Shown here in pieces: positions 52,737 to 64,000 of a DNA stretch of 64,000 bases (the stretch's first letter is position 1; every line of letters begins with the position of its first letter). The stretch is from assembly GCA_038143065.1 (NCBI GenBank), contig JAYQLI010000035.1, forward strand, positions 160,001-224,000. Direction: 5' to 3'. The position numbers and the translations under genes are program-made. The notes under the pieces were generated by a model. That model was not told the origin of the DNA and ran no database searches. It was given only the letters and a program-made list of their open reading frames with translations. Source of the DNA: Rhodospirillales bacterium. GTDB taxonomy: Bacteria > Pseudomonadota > Alphaproteobacteria > Bin95.

Positions 52737-54835
52737 TTAGCCTTGGATTTTTCCAAAATCCGCAACTAAACTCATTGTATTAACAATGTTTGATAAGAGA
52801 TTTAGTCGATTAGAACGGGTTGTAGGGTCCTCAGAATTCACAGTTACTTTTTCAAAAAACGCATCGACTGGATTTCTTAGTCTTGCAAGCTCTCCCATAG
52901 TTTCTTGGAAATGCCCTCGATCGAGATGTTCTTCGACGCGGGGCTTTGTCGAAAGTAATATATCGAAAAGCTTGGTCTCTTCATCTTGCGTAAATAAAGA
53001 CGGGTCTACTGTTCCGTCATAATTTACGTTCTCCTTTTTAGCTTCGATAGACGAAATGTTTGCTGCTCGAGTGAAAGCAATTAGTAAATTTTCACCGTCT
53101 TCACTCGCGAGGAATTGACCTAGGGCAGCAGTTCTTTCAACTAGCCGAACAATGTCATCTTCCTCACCAATGGCAAATACTGCAGCTATATGATCGTACT
53201 TGATACCTTCAGCACGGAGATGATTATTAAGTCGATCTATCAAAAACTGTAAAAGCGACTCTGCTGTTTCATCAGCAGACATGCACTCTGCAGGAAGCTT
53301 TACGTAGGCTTGATAAGCATTACGAATTACGTTTCGAAGAGGTAGATGAATCCGATTAACGATTACCAATCGGATGACGCCAAGCGCGGCGCGCCTTAGA
53401 GCATAAGGGTCTCGACTTCCTGTTGGCTTTTCATCAATTGCGAAGAACCCAACAAGGGTATCAATTTTATCAGCAAGAGCGACAGCTACGGATACTGGAG
53501 TTGTAGGACAGAGGTCGCTGGGGCCCTGCGGGGCATAATGATCCCTTATGGCATCGGCAACTTGAGAATTTATTCCCTCTTCATTTGCATAATATCGTCC
53601 CATTACGCCTTGAAGTTCTGGAAATTCTCCGACCATGCCAGAAATTAAATCAGATTTTGAAAGCATGGCGGCTTGATCAACTAGTTCTAAGTCTGCGCTT
53701 TGAATAGCTGGTGCTAATAACTGGCTTAGGACACGTATCCGTTTCACACGATCTGCAAGAGTGCCGAGTTTTGCGTGAAATATTACTTTATCAAGCCCAT
53801 CTAATCGGCTTTTCAGCGTGGCTTTGCGGTCTTGGTCCCAGAAAAAACGCGCATCTGCTAGCCGTGCGCGTAACACTCTCTCATTCCCTGCAATAATTTG
53901 TTTACCACCATCGTTACTCTCGATATTGGCTACTACTGCAAATTTTGGAGCAAGGTTTCCGTCTGCAGTTTCAAGAGCAAAGTACTTTTGGTGAGATCTC
54001 ATTGAAGTGGTGAGTACTTCTGCGGGAACCGACATAAATTCTTCGTCAATAGAGCCTGACAATACTACAGGCCATTCAACGAGACCATTAACTTCGGCGA
54101 GTAGTCCTGGGTCTGATTTGACTTTTAGGCCATGTGTTTTTGCGACTGTATTCAACCCTTGCTCGATTTTTAATTTTCTAGCCGCAGGATCTAAGATTAC
54201 GTGGGATTGCAAAAGATTTTGCTCATATGAAATGAAGTCTGAGAGCGGAATTATGTTGTCCTCATCCATAAACCGATGGCCGCGGGTGAATGACACAAAA
54301 GGCTTTAAGCCCATGGATCCGCCAAAATTGACAGAACCATCAAGCAAAGCACCGTCAAACACTGCAGCAACCTGCTCTAAGGGCCGAACGTACCGACGTT
54401 CGCTATCGCCCCAACGCATTGACTTTGGCCATGGGATAGCATGGATAGCTTCTGCAATGAGTTGCGGAAGAACACTCTGCGCTGGTAGGCCTTCAATAGT
54501 GCGTACCACGAAATAAAAGTCGGAGCCTTTGACTTCCCGGATTTCACATTCCTCAACCGAGGATAAATTGTTTGCATTAAGGAAGCCCTCTAGTGCTTTT
54601 TCCGGTGCGCCTACGCGTGGACCTTTTCGGACATCCTCTCGGGTTGGTTGCGCGAGTGGTATGCCTTCCAGTACAACAGAGATCCGTCTAGGTGTTGTGA
54701 AAAAGCGAATTGAATGAGCCGCTAGGGCAGCCTCTGACAGCTTTTCTGACAAAATGCGTGAAAAGTCTTCTCCAGCCCGAGTTTGCATCCGGGCAGGATT
54801 TCCTCTGATAGAATTTCGATTAAAAGCTCTGCCAT
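52737..54835 (-). CDS. glyS: Glycine--tRNA ligase beta subunit (indel near 54800)
   Basis: MAELLIEILSE from ATG 54835, then TPRR, PKSMRWG, EFPELQG and GSRDPYALRR. Confidence 0.97.
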
Positions 54836-54838
54836 GGT

Positions 54839-55720
54839 TCAGACTCCCATCTTTTCGTCAAGATGACCGCGGGATTTCAACCAGACCGTTGCAGATGTCC
54901 GCGCCAGAGCCCTAACACGAGCAATATAAGCAGCTCTTTCGGTAACACTTATTACCCCACGGGCGTCTAAGAGATTAAACGTGTGACTGGCTTGAATGCA
55001 TTGATCGTAGGCGGGTAGGGCTAGTCCGGCATGTGCTAATTTTTGACATTCATTTTCGGCGTCGGTGAAGTGACGAAACAAAGTTTCCGTATCAGCATGT
55101 TCAAAATTGTAGGCGGAGAATTCTCGTTCGGCTTGGTGGAAGACATCCCCATACGTCATCCCTGCGCCATTAAAATCAAGATTGTACACATTATCGACGC
55201 CCTGAACGTACATAGCCAGTCGTTCTAAGCCATATGTGATTTCGCCTGATACTGGAGAGCAGTCATAACCACCTACCTGCTGGAAGTAGGTAAATTGAGT
55301 TACCTCCATTCCATCACACCAGACCTCCCATCCAAGTCCCCAAGCTCCAAGGGTAGGGCTTTCCCAATCATCTTCTACAAGACGGATATCATGAGCACGA
55401 GTATCAATTCCAATCGCTTCGAGAGACTCAAAATACTTATCTAAAATATCTGAAGGGTTTGGCTTAAGTATTACCTGATATTGATAATAGTGCTGAAGCC
55501 TGTTTGGGTTTTCACCATATCTACCATCCGTTGGTCTTCTTGATGGCTGAACATATGCAGCTTGCCATGGCTCAGGCCCCAGGGCACGAAGTGTTGTTGC
55601 TGGATGGAATGTTCCAGCACCAACACTCATGTCATAAGGCTGCAAGACTGCGCAGCCTTGTTTCGACCAAAAATTAGAAAGGCGTAAGATTAATTCTTGG
55701 AATGATATAGGCGCTGACAT
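54839..55720 (-). CDS. glyQ: Glycine--tRNA ligase alpha subunit
   Basis: [25 protein letters not shown] and EITYGLERL. Confidence 0.99.
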   Translation of the reverse strand: MSAPISFQELILRLSNFWSKQGCAVLQPYDMSVGAGTFHPATTLRALGPEPWQAAYVQPSRRPTDGRYGENPNRLQHYYQYQVILKPNPSDILDKYFESLEAIGIDTRAHDIRLVEDDWESPTLGAWGLGWEVWCDGMEVTQFTYFQQVGGYDCSPVSGEITYGLERLAMYVQGVDNVYNLDFNGAGMTYGDVFHQAEREFSAYNFEHADTETLFRHFTDAENECQKLAHAGLALPAYDQCIQASHTFNLLDARGVISVTERAAYIARVRALARTSATVWLKSRGHLDEKMGV

Positions 55721-56075
55721 TTGAATGGAGTTCTCTTATTGCGACGCAGCAAAATAGAAAAGCTATCCTGGGTGGTCAATCACAGGTTGTAACGTGTAAA
55801 AGTGATCTTGAATTTTTCCCAAAATTATTGGCTTCTAATCGCATCATTCTGAGAAATTTGCATAAAGTAAGAGTAGAAGTGCCCATAATATCCAGTTCCA
55901 AGATGTCGGAAGATGAGGTTGTTAAGAAGGAGACATGCTTCTGAAATATGGTTTTGGTTTCTGTCTTTAACTTGACCTCAGATTTAATGGCGCTATCCAT
56001 TCTGTACCCTAAAGGTGTAGAAAATTTTGGGTTTGTAGTAAGCATCGAATTTTTGAGGTACCGCGTTAAAGTGAA

Positions 56076-56717
56076 TTGTGCCTCTTAAGGTTCTTGAGAG
56101 AAGTTGGGAGTAGTCCGATCTCGAGCGGTTTTGACAAATCTGAGCGCAAAAGGTTTCACAACCTTTTGAAGCTTGCAGCTGAAAGCCCGTTTGAAGGTGA
56201 GCGCGAAGCCGCGCTCGCGGCAGCAAAGCGATTGGCAGCAAAGCATAATATGGATCTCAGAGATGCGGCTGCCCAAAGTGAACCAGAGCCAGATCCAGAA
56301 GAAAATGTGACCTCTTCAACAGGTAGTTCGGGGCCGAATAATTGGGATACGCCTGGCTATGAGCCGCCCCCTGGATTTGAAGAACGTTGGGGGCAAACCA
56401 AGAGAAGTACTGAAGCCTATACAACGGCTGGGGCCGAAGCAGAAAAACGACGGTGGCGCGCAGCTTATGACGCGGCTCGTAGGCGGGGTTTGGATGAGGG
56501 TGAACCGCAACCACAGGCAAAGCCAAAGCGTAACTTTAGTCAGCCAAAGAGCAAACGTAGAATGAATCCGTTGATTCACGCTCGTACGCTCATTCAGGAA
56601 ACTACCCTGCCACTCGCCGAAATTGCTGGAATAACCCAGCTTTCCATGCATGAAATTGTGGCCTTAAAATTGAAATTGCGTGCTGAAGAGAAGAAGAAAG
56701 CCAGCGCTCGACGATAA
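56076..56717 (+). CDS. Hypothetical protein with DUF2786-like N-terminal helix pair and C-terminal HTH-like segment (start uncertain)
   Basis: LLKLAAESPFEGEREAALAAAKRLAAKHNM and TLPLAEIAGITQLSMHEIVALKLK. Confidence 0.65.
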   Translation: MCLLRFLREVGSSPISSGFDKSERKRFHNLLKLAAESPFEGEREAALAAAKRLAAKHNMDLRDAAAQSEPEPDPEENVTSSTGSSGPNNWDTPGYEPPPGFEERWGQTKRSTEAYTTAGAEAEKRRWRAAYDAARRRGLDEGEPQPQAKPKRNFSQPKSKRRMNPLIHARTLIQETTLPLAEIAGITQLSMHEIVALKLKLRAEEKKKASARR

Positions 56718-56737
56718 TCGAAATATGGAGTTAAGAA

Positions 56738-57259
56738 ATGCGCTATTCACTTGATGGTGTTGGGGTAAATGCTCATCCCGAAAGTTGGATCGCAGAAAAC
56801 GCGGTAGTTATTGGCGACGTTGTGCTCGAGAAGGATGCAAGTATTTGGTACGGAGCAGTCGTTCGTGGAGATAATGATAAAATCATTATTGGAGAAGGAT
56901 CGAACGTTCAAGATGGGTCGGTGCTACACGCTGATCCTGGGTATCCGCTCACACTGAATAAAAATGTAACTATTGGCCATATGGTAATGCTACACGGATG
57001 CACTATCGGTGAAGGGTCACTGATTCGCATCGGAGCGGTAATATTAAATGGCGCAAAAATAGGTAAGGGCTGCTTAATTGGAGCTAAATCCTTGATCGCT
57101 GAAAATAAGGAAATACCAGATTATTCGTTGGTTATGGGGGCACCAGGAAAGGTTGTTCGCACATTTACGCCTGAGGAGGCGCAAATGATGCTTAGGAATG
57201 CTGTTAGTTATCAGAAAAACTGGAAGCGTTTTAGTAAGGGCGTAAAAAAAGAGGGCTAA
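56738..57259 (+). CDS. Gamma carbonic anhydrase family (YrdA/PaaY-like)
   Basis: Hexapeptide repeats, RGDN, NVQDGSVLH and IGHMVMLHGC. Confidence 0.93.
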   Translation: MRYSLDGVGVNAHPESWIAENAVVIGDVVLEKDASIWYGAVVRGDNDKIIIGEGSNVQDGSVLHADPGYPLTLNKNVTIGHMVMLHGCTIGEGSLIRIGAVILNGAKIGKGCLIGAKSLIAENKEIPDYSLVMGAPGKVVRTFTPEEAQMMLRNAVSYQKNWKRFSKGVKKEG

Positions 57260-57263
57260 TTTT

Positions 57264-58055
57264 CTATTTTTTTTTACTAGGTCGGCCAGGTATGTGCCTT
57301 AGGATGGAAGAGGCAAAACCGCCATCAACGACTATATTTTGGCCAGTTACGTATCGTGCATCATCTGAAAGTAAAAAAGCAGCCACGTCGGCTATATCTT
57401 CCGGCAGTCCTACACGTCCTAAGGGCACAACATCATTTCGGGCGTTTGCTAACTCGTTGTTAGAGTACACGTTTGCTGTGAATGGTGTGCGGATCATCCC
57501 TGGTGCAATTGAATTGCATCGAATTCTATCTGACGCCCATTCTATTGCCATCATCGCGGTAACGTTAATACATGCTGCTTTGGAGGGGCTGTAAGCTCCA
57601 AGGTCTGGGTGTGGACCTAGGCCTGACATCGACGCTATCGCCAGATAAGCTCCTTTACTGGCTTTAAGATAGGGGTATGCAGCCTTCCCAAGCAGCCAAC
57701 CTGCTCGAGTATTCACATTCATTACCCGATCCCAATCTTCTACTTTTAGATCCTTCATCAATCCAGGTATGACCAGACCTGCATTAGATACCACTGCATC
57801 CAGACCGCCAAATTCTTCTGCTGTAGTCTCCACCAGTGAAGTTGGGCCATTTGGATCACTTAAATCAGCATAAGGAGTGATAACTTTTGCACCCATATCT
57901 TCCAGCTCGTTGCGAATAGCGTCATTATCTGGGGTCTGGGCATATTCAGAGGCTGCAATCTGGAGTGTTTTGCCATCTCTTTTTGCGTTTCGTGCTAAGC
58001 GCTTACATATGGCCCCGCCAATTCCTGCACTTGCGCCAGTGACTAATACTCTCAT
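57264..58055 (-). CDS. Short-chain dehydrogenase/reductase
   Basis: TGASAGIG, SNAG, YSPSK and NSIAPG. Confidence 0.92.
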   Translation of the reverse strand: MRVLVTGASAGIGGAICKRLARNAKRDGKTLQIAASEYAQTPDNDAIRNELEDMGAKVITPYADLSDPNGPTSLVETTAEEFGGLDAVVSNAGLVIPGLMKDLKVEDWDRVMNVNTRAGWLLGKAAYPYLKASKGAYLAIASMSGLGPHPDLGAYSPSKAACINVTAMMAIEWASDRIRCNSIAPGMIRTPFTANVYSNNELANARNDVVPLGRVGLPEDIADVAAFLLSDDARYVTGQNIVVDGGFASSILRHIPGRPSKKK

Positions 58056-58081
58056 GATTTATCCTCTTCTTACTGCTCTTA

Positions 58082-59209
58082 TTATCGAGCCATTGCTTTG
58101 GAGCGTTTGTCTAGCCACCAGCCAGATTGTTTCGGCCACAATTCAAAATCAGGATCTTGTCCCAAAGCATGCGCAGCGTCATGGGCCCAGTGGGGGTTTT
58201 TTAGAGCTTCGCGACCAATCGCAATAAGATCGGCATACCCATCCGCCAAAAGTTTTTCAGCCTGAATGCCGTCAAGTATTAACCCTACGGCCATTGTTGG
58301 AATGCATGCGGCTTCACGCGTCTCCTTTGCAAATGGAGCTTGATAGCCTGGGCCTCTCTTGGAGTTTTGAGTAGTGCTTGATCCTGTGAGTCCCCCAGAA
58401 GAACAATCAATAACATCTACTCCAACAGCTTTTAACTCAGCCGCTAACACTACCGTGTCGGACATATCCCATCCATCCTCAGCCCCATCAACTGAAGAGA
58501 CACGGAAGAATAAAGGTTTGTGAGATGGAAGTTTCTCCCGCATTGAGCGTGCAATTTCCAATGCAAAACGCATTCTACCTTTGCGATCTCCACCATAAAG
58601 GTCATTTCGTTTATTTGTAATTGGAGAAAGAAAGCTAGCAATCAAATAGCCATGGGCTCCGTGAATTTCTACTGCGTCAAATCCGGCAGCATCGGCTCTT
58701 GAAGTAGCTTCCGAAAATTTGTTCACAAGATCACTAATATCTGACTGAGATAGTTCAGCTGGTTTTATGTAGCCCTCATCTACCGCAATTGCAGAGGGTG
58801 CTTTTATTGACCAAGGTTTGTCGCCTCTTGAAAAATCAGTTTCATCAAGAGGGCCATTACCGTTCCAAGGCCTTTGCATGCTTGCTTTGCGTCCTGCGTG
58901 GGCAATTTGGATGGCAGGAATAGAACCCAGACCACGGATAAAATTTGTGACTTGCTGCAAACGGGCAATATGCGTGTCATCCCAGAGCCCTAAGTCACCA
59001 TGAGTAATGCGACCCTCTGGTTCTACGGCCGTTGCCTCTGCCATGACACACCCAAAGCCTCCCATTGCATAGCGACCAAGATGGACAAGGTGCCAGTCAT
59101 TGGCGTAGCCATCTTGTGCGGAATATTGGCACATGGGGGCTAAAACAATGCGGTTTGGGAGCACAATGCCTCGAAGTGGCATCGGCTGAAAAAGATGGGG
59201 CTTTGACAT
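58082..59209 (-). CDS. NADH:flavin oxidoreductase, Old Yellow Enzyme YqjM/NamA type
   Basis: APMCQYSA, IQIAHAGRKAS and EIHGAHGYL. Confidence 0.93.
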   Translation of the reverse strand: MSKPHLFQPMPLRGIVLPNRIVLAPMCQYSAQDGYANDWHLVHLGRYAMGGFGCVMAEATAVEPEGRITHGDLGLWDDTHIARLQQVTNFIRGLGSIPAIQIAHAGRKASMQRPWNGNGPLDETDFSRGDKPWSIKAPSAIAVDEGYIKPAELSQSDISDLVNKFSEATSRADAAGFDAVEIHGAHGYLIASFLSPITNKRNDLYGGDRKGRMRFALEIARSMREKLPSHKPLFFRVSSVDGAEDGWDMSDTVVLAAELKAVGVDVIDCSSGGLTGSSTTQNSKRGPGYQAPFAKETREAACIPTMAVGLILDGIQAEKLLADGYADLIAIGREALKNPHWAHDAAHALGQDPDFELWPKQSGWWLDKRSKAMAR

Positions 59210-59211
59210 AA

Positions 59212-60000
59212 TTACGGGCGCCAGTTTGGAGTACGCTTTTCGATAAAGCTATTGAGCCCTTCTGTAGCTTCTTCCGTTAGACGCTTCCGGGCGTGTGGTT
59301 CAGCTAGAGCTGCTGCTTTAGCGTCATCAATTATAAGAGCCGCACAATCAAGGATGCTTGCTTTGCTCTCGGCAAGAGCATTTGGCGGGCAATCAAGTAG
59401 TTGATCTATCAATGGTGCTGCTGTTTCATCTAATTTTCCGGAAGCACATACCTCATCCACGAGACCAATTTCTTTAGCCTTATGAGCGTCAAACCTTTCG
59501 CAGGTCAGAGAAAAGCGACGAGTGTGAGCAACCCCTAATCGAGCAATCAGTTGGGGATATATTGGGGCCGCCATCAGCCCCCATTTTGCTTCGGTTATAG
59601 CAAAAAACGCATCTTCAGAAGCGATAACAATATCGCAGCTGGAAGCAACACCTACGCCTCCACCAAAGCATCCACCATGGATGAGAGCAATGGTTGGTTT
59701 TGGAAACTCATTTAAACCTCGGACTGCGTCTGTTGTAGCTTTGGAAACAGCTAAATTGGCATCCCAATCGCTGGCCTTTAGAGACATAATCCATTTGAGG
59801 TCAGCACCTGCTTGGAAATGCTTACCTTTACCACGCAGAACTACTACTCTTGCTTGAGAATCTTTAGCAATTTGGTCGAAGGCTGTTAAAAATCCTTGGA
59901 TCATGTCACCATTATAGGCGTTGTTTACGTCCGCACGATTAATGGTAACCGTGGCGACGCCACGGCGGTCGACTTCGGTCAAAACAAGGTCAGCAGTCAT
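59212..60000 (-). CDS. Enoyl-CoA hydratase/isomerase (methylglutaconyl-CoA hydratase-like)
   Basis: HFQAGADL, GGCFGGGVG...CDIVIA and FIEKRTPNW. Confidence 0.88.
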   Translation of the reverse strand: MTADLVLTEVDRRGVATVTINRADVNNAYNGDMIQGFLTAFDQIAKDSQARVVVLRGKGKHFQAGADLKWIMSLKASDWDANLAVSKATTDAVRGLNEFPKPTIALIHGGCFGGGVGVASSCDIVIASEDAFFAITEAKWGLMAAPIYPQLIARLGVAHTRRFSLTCERFDAHKAKEIGLVDEVCASGKLDETAAPLIDQLLDCPPNALAESKASILDCAALIIDDAKAAALAEPHARKRLTEEATEGLNSFIEKRTPNWRP

Positions 60001-60076
60001 AGGGACTTATATCTCCTAAATTTAAAGGTCTGGCGGTATTCTAGCCTGGATATTAACGAAGGTGGGAGGGGAAAGC

Positions 60077-61142
60077 TTGTCAGAGAAAGTGGACTATTTT
60101 TCTGGTGTGGCTATGGAATTTGGTAAGTCATGCCAAATACGGTGGCCGAAACTGTGGGCTGCAGAAAGTATTCCAACCTCTCTGTGGCAGGAGTTAGGAA
60201 AATTAGGCTTCTTAGGCCTATCCGCTCCTCAATCATTTGGTGGGCAGGGGATGTCGGTGGGAGACATCGCGCACGTTTCCAGAGTTTTTGCCCGTTCCCT
60301 TGGAGTACAAGGTTTAATTATGGCGGTTCAAAGCCACAACCTTATGGCGGATTGGATCCTAGGTAAGTTTGGAAGCTCTCAACAGCAAAATGCTTTATGG
60401 CCAAAGATCGCAAAAGGTGAAGCGACGATTGCATTCGCTGTCTCGGAGAAGGGCGCAGGAGCACACCCCAAGAAACTATCTTCTACGGCTGTTAGAGAAG
60501 GGGACGTCTGGAGGCTCAATGGACAAAAAGCGTACGTAACAAATGGGCCAATCGCTTCTGTATTTTGCATCGTAGCCATCGCTGAAAAGGCTGATGTTCG
60601 CAATAAATTTCAAGCGTTCTTGGTGTCGCGTGAAACTTCTGGCCTAGAGATTTTTGAAAGTGAGGAGGTTACGTACCTAAAGCCTTCTGGCCATTCTTCA
60701 TTATCATTTAAAAACCTTTATGTGCCAGACACAGCGCGTTTGACTAATCTAGAAGATGTTTATCCAAATATCGTTAAGCCGCTGCGCGATCATGAGGATG
60801 CAGCTAGTGTTAGGGCTCACCTTGGAGCCTATGAAAGAATTGCCAACTCACTCGCAAGATACTCTAAGGAGCTAAGTATTGCTGGGAAAATAGCAGCCCG
60901 TTTGCGCGCAATTGCGCTTTGTCTTAACCATGATTGTAGTGCTGAGGGGTCTTCTTGCGGCACGAGCAATTCTCTCTGACGTTTCAAATATGGTCCGTGC
61001 ATTAATTGCAGAGAATAGTGGGGTGTTGGACGAAGGAGATACAGTCCTCGCATACGATCTGATTAAACTAGGAAAGGTTGCCTCCTATGCCATCGATGCC
61101 CGCTTCACTTTGTTCGGGAACAACCTTCGTTATTGCACCTGA
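60077..61142 (+). CDS. Divergent acyl-CoA dehydrogenase family protein (indel near 60950)
   Basis: AFAVSEKGAGAHP and LNGQKAYVTNGP. The helical C-terminus continues in ORF 60912..61142. Confidence 0.75.
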
Positions 61143-61197
61143 GCTTAGGAACGTTTAGCTCATATCTGAAATTGAAGTTACTGAAGATTGATATCAA

Positions 61198-63112
61198 ATG
61201 ACTGCTGATGACGAAATAAGACTGGCTGAGGGTTTTGAACCTCAAAGTTACCAAACTTGGAAAAATTCAGTCGAAAAGACTTTGAAGGGTGGTGATTTTG
61301 AAAGCCTTTTGAGCTTCAAGACTTACGATGGTCTTCAGATAAATCCTCTTTACATGCGTGATGATCTTCCATCGGTGCTCCTGCGTCCAGACACGGGCCG
61401 AAGTGTAAAAGCTGAAGTATGGGACATACGTCAAGCTCTGACAGGCCCTAGTTGCGATGATGTCATTAGACAAATTAATGAGGAATTAGCAGGGGGGGCG
61501 TCTTCAGTATTATTGAGACTTGATGCTGGATTGCGGATGGGACGGACTGTTTTCTCCAATCCTGAATCTGTTGGTATTGACGGTGCTGCACTTCACAGCG
61601 TCACGGCACTCAACAAAGTCCTCCGAGAATTACCTGAAGAGACGCCAGTTGCATTCGATGCAGGTGCTGCTGGTCTTGAGGTAATGAGATCTTTACCACA
61701 TCGAAACTGGGTTAAGGGTTCTAGCTTTGGACTTGATCCAATGGGCGTAACTGCTACCGCAGGATTAGATCCATCATCTCATGATGAGTGGTTTCAGTTT
61801 GCTTCAAATGAGATACCCGAAGGAGTGACGCCTCTAACTGTCTCCTCGATACCTTATTACGATGCGGGTGCTACTGAAGCCCAGGAATTGGGGATTTTGA
61901 TAGCAACAGGGGTTGCATATCTTCGGGCACTGGAAGCGAAGGGCCTTTCAGTCGAGTTAGCTGCTCAAAGGATGAATTTCGTTGTTGGTCTTTCTCAGGA
62001 TCAATTTACAACAATTGCCAAGGTGAGAGCTGCACGTGCTTTGTGGTCTGCAATTCTAAAAAGCTCAGGAGTAAGTGGATCAGCAATGCGTCTGGACGGT
62101 GTTACGTCATCTAGGATGTTCACCCGGCATGACCCTCATGTGAATGTCCTCCGCGCTACAATTGCTGGTTTTGCAGGCGCTGTAGGAGGCCTTGATAGCA
62201 TAACGGTACTGCCATTTGACACCAGGATGGGTGGATCTCAAGCACTTGCCCGTCGGAGTTGCTCGCAACTTGCAGGTCATTTTGGCCGAGGAGAGCAACC
62301 TTTACCGTGTCGCGGACCCCGCTGGTGGGTCATTTTATGTCGAAAGACTAACCAATGACTTGGCGGATGCCAGTTTTGCTGAGTTTAAGGCTATTGAAAA
62401 AGCAGGTGGAATAGTTGCCGCAATCTCAAATAGAACTTTGGCGCGCAACATTAATCAATCCAATGAAACTAGAAAGGCTAATATAGCTTCCCGTAAAGAC
62501 GCTATCACAGGAGTTTCCGAATTCGCTAATCTCGAGGACCAGCCTACAAGTAATTTGGACCTTACGTCTCTTCGGGAGTCTATCAAAGCGGACCTTGCCG
62601 CAAACAAAGCATTATTGTCCGATGTAATTGGTTCGGGATCGGGCCAATTCAATCCGAAACCTATTGCTTCCGTCTTCGAGGCGTTAAGGGATGCAAGTGA
62701 TGCCTATCATGCCAAGACTGGTGGGCGTCCGAAGGTATTTCTAGCGAACATTGGAAATCTTCAAGATTTTAATGCTCGAGCAACCTTCGCTGCGAATGCT
62801 TTCGCTGCGGGGGGTATTGGCATCGCAGGTAATTCAGATGATGGCTATGACACTGGCGCTTCTGCTGCAGATGCTTTCAAGGCTAGTGGAGCTAAGATTG
62901 CATGCATTTGTGGCTCTGAAAGTGGTTATGGCGAAAAGGCTATAGATTTTGCTCAAGCCCTAAAGACGGAAGGGGCCTCGCAGATATGGCTTGCAGGTCG
63001 TGCAGGGGGTAATGAGGAAGCTTATGCGGGTTCCGGTATCGATGGATATATTTATGTAGGGGCGGATATACCGAATGCCCTAAAGTTGGCACAAGCGGCA
63101 ATAGGAGTCTGA
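61198..63112 (+). CDS. mutA: Methylmalonyl-CoA mutase small (beta) subunit (indel near 62255)
   Basis: [33 protein letters not shown] and ITGVSEF. No DxHxxG cobalamin motif in the C-terminal domain. Confidence 0.85.
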
Positions 63113-63116
63113 TTTT

Positions 63117-64000
63117 ATGTCTCAAATCCCAGACTTTTCGGATATTTCCTTTAATTTTGAAGGTTCCAGTTCAACTCATCCTCAGGGCAAATCCAGCTGG
63201 GAAACCCCAGAAGGTATTAGTGTGAAATCATCTTATGGGCCTGATGATACTGCTCAGCTTGATTTTTTGGATGGCGTGCCGGGAGTGGCACCTTATTTGC
63301 GTGGACCATACTCCACTATGTATGTTCAGCGACCCTGGACGGTTCGTCAGTACGCTGGCTTTTCTACAGCTGAAGACTCAAATGCATTTTATCGACGAAA
63401 TTTAGCAGCAGGACAAAAAGGTCTTATCAATTGCCTTTGATCTTGCAACACACCGTGGCTATGACAGCGATCACCCGAGGGTTACAGGTGATGTCGGCAT
63501 GGCAGGGGTGGCGATAGATTCAATTGCCGACATGCAAATACTGTTTGATGGAATTCCGTTGGATGAGATGACTGTTTCTATGACAATGAATGGAGCAGTT
63601 TTGCCGATAATGGCGCTCTACATTGTTGCAGGTGAGGAGCAAGGCGTGCCACCTGAAAAGCTCGCGGGCACCATACAAAACGATATTCTAAAAGAGTTTA
63701 TGGTTCGAAATACCTATATTTACCCACCAACACCATCCATGAGGATTATTTCAGACATCTTCGCCTATACCAGCAAGAAGATGCCCCGGTTTAACTCCAT
63801 ATCTATTTCTGGCTATCACATGCAGGAGGCTGGTGCGACTGCAGATCTAGAACTTGCTTACACGCTGGCTGATGGGGTCGAGTATGTGCGTGCAGGAAAA
63901 AAAGCAGGCCTATCCGTTGATGCGTTTGCTCCCCGCCTAAGTTTTTTCTGGGCAATTGGGATGAATTTCTTCATGGAAGTTGCAAAAATGCGGGCTGCCA
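63117..64000 (+). CDS. scpA: Methylmalonyl-CoA mutase large subunit (indel near 63428; 3'-truncated by window)
   Basis: [47 protein letters not shown] and [11 protein letters not shown]. Confidence 0.95.

Overview
This is a 64 kb, gene-dense chromosomal segment of a free-living alphaproteobacterium, probably marine and Rhodospirillales-like. That placement is inferred from GapR, the zinc-ribbon DinB, glyQS-ppdK synteny, Mcd and the TTT and Fe3+ transporters. Housekeeping genes (groESL, dinB, rpmF, polA, glnD, gpsA, class A PBP, gapR, glyQS) are interspersed with many catabolic and redox genes (LLM monooxygenases, acyl-CoA dehydrogenases, CoA transferase, amidases, AKRs, SDRs, TcuA-like flavoprotein, methylmalonyl-CoA mutase). 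About 20 genes, including essential ones, are split by small frameshifting indels, many at homopolymers. I read these as long-read consensus errors, not pseudogenes. I saw no rRNA, tRNA or CRISPR array. Best leads: (1) a ~4 kb islet (26.7-30.75 kb) with a tyrosine-recombinase-fold ORF that has a strong RBS but has lost its catalytic Arg/His/Tyr, an outer-membrane barrel, an HxlR regulator facing three small proteins, and a structured anti-SD RNA candidate; (2) a PPDK cleanly lacking its whole C-terminal pyruvate/PEP-binding domain; (3) an uncalled 53-aa AtzG/GatC-like partner coupled to an amidase; (4) a ~12% GC tract before a TTT catabolic locus. All family calls come from motif recognition only; no searches were run.
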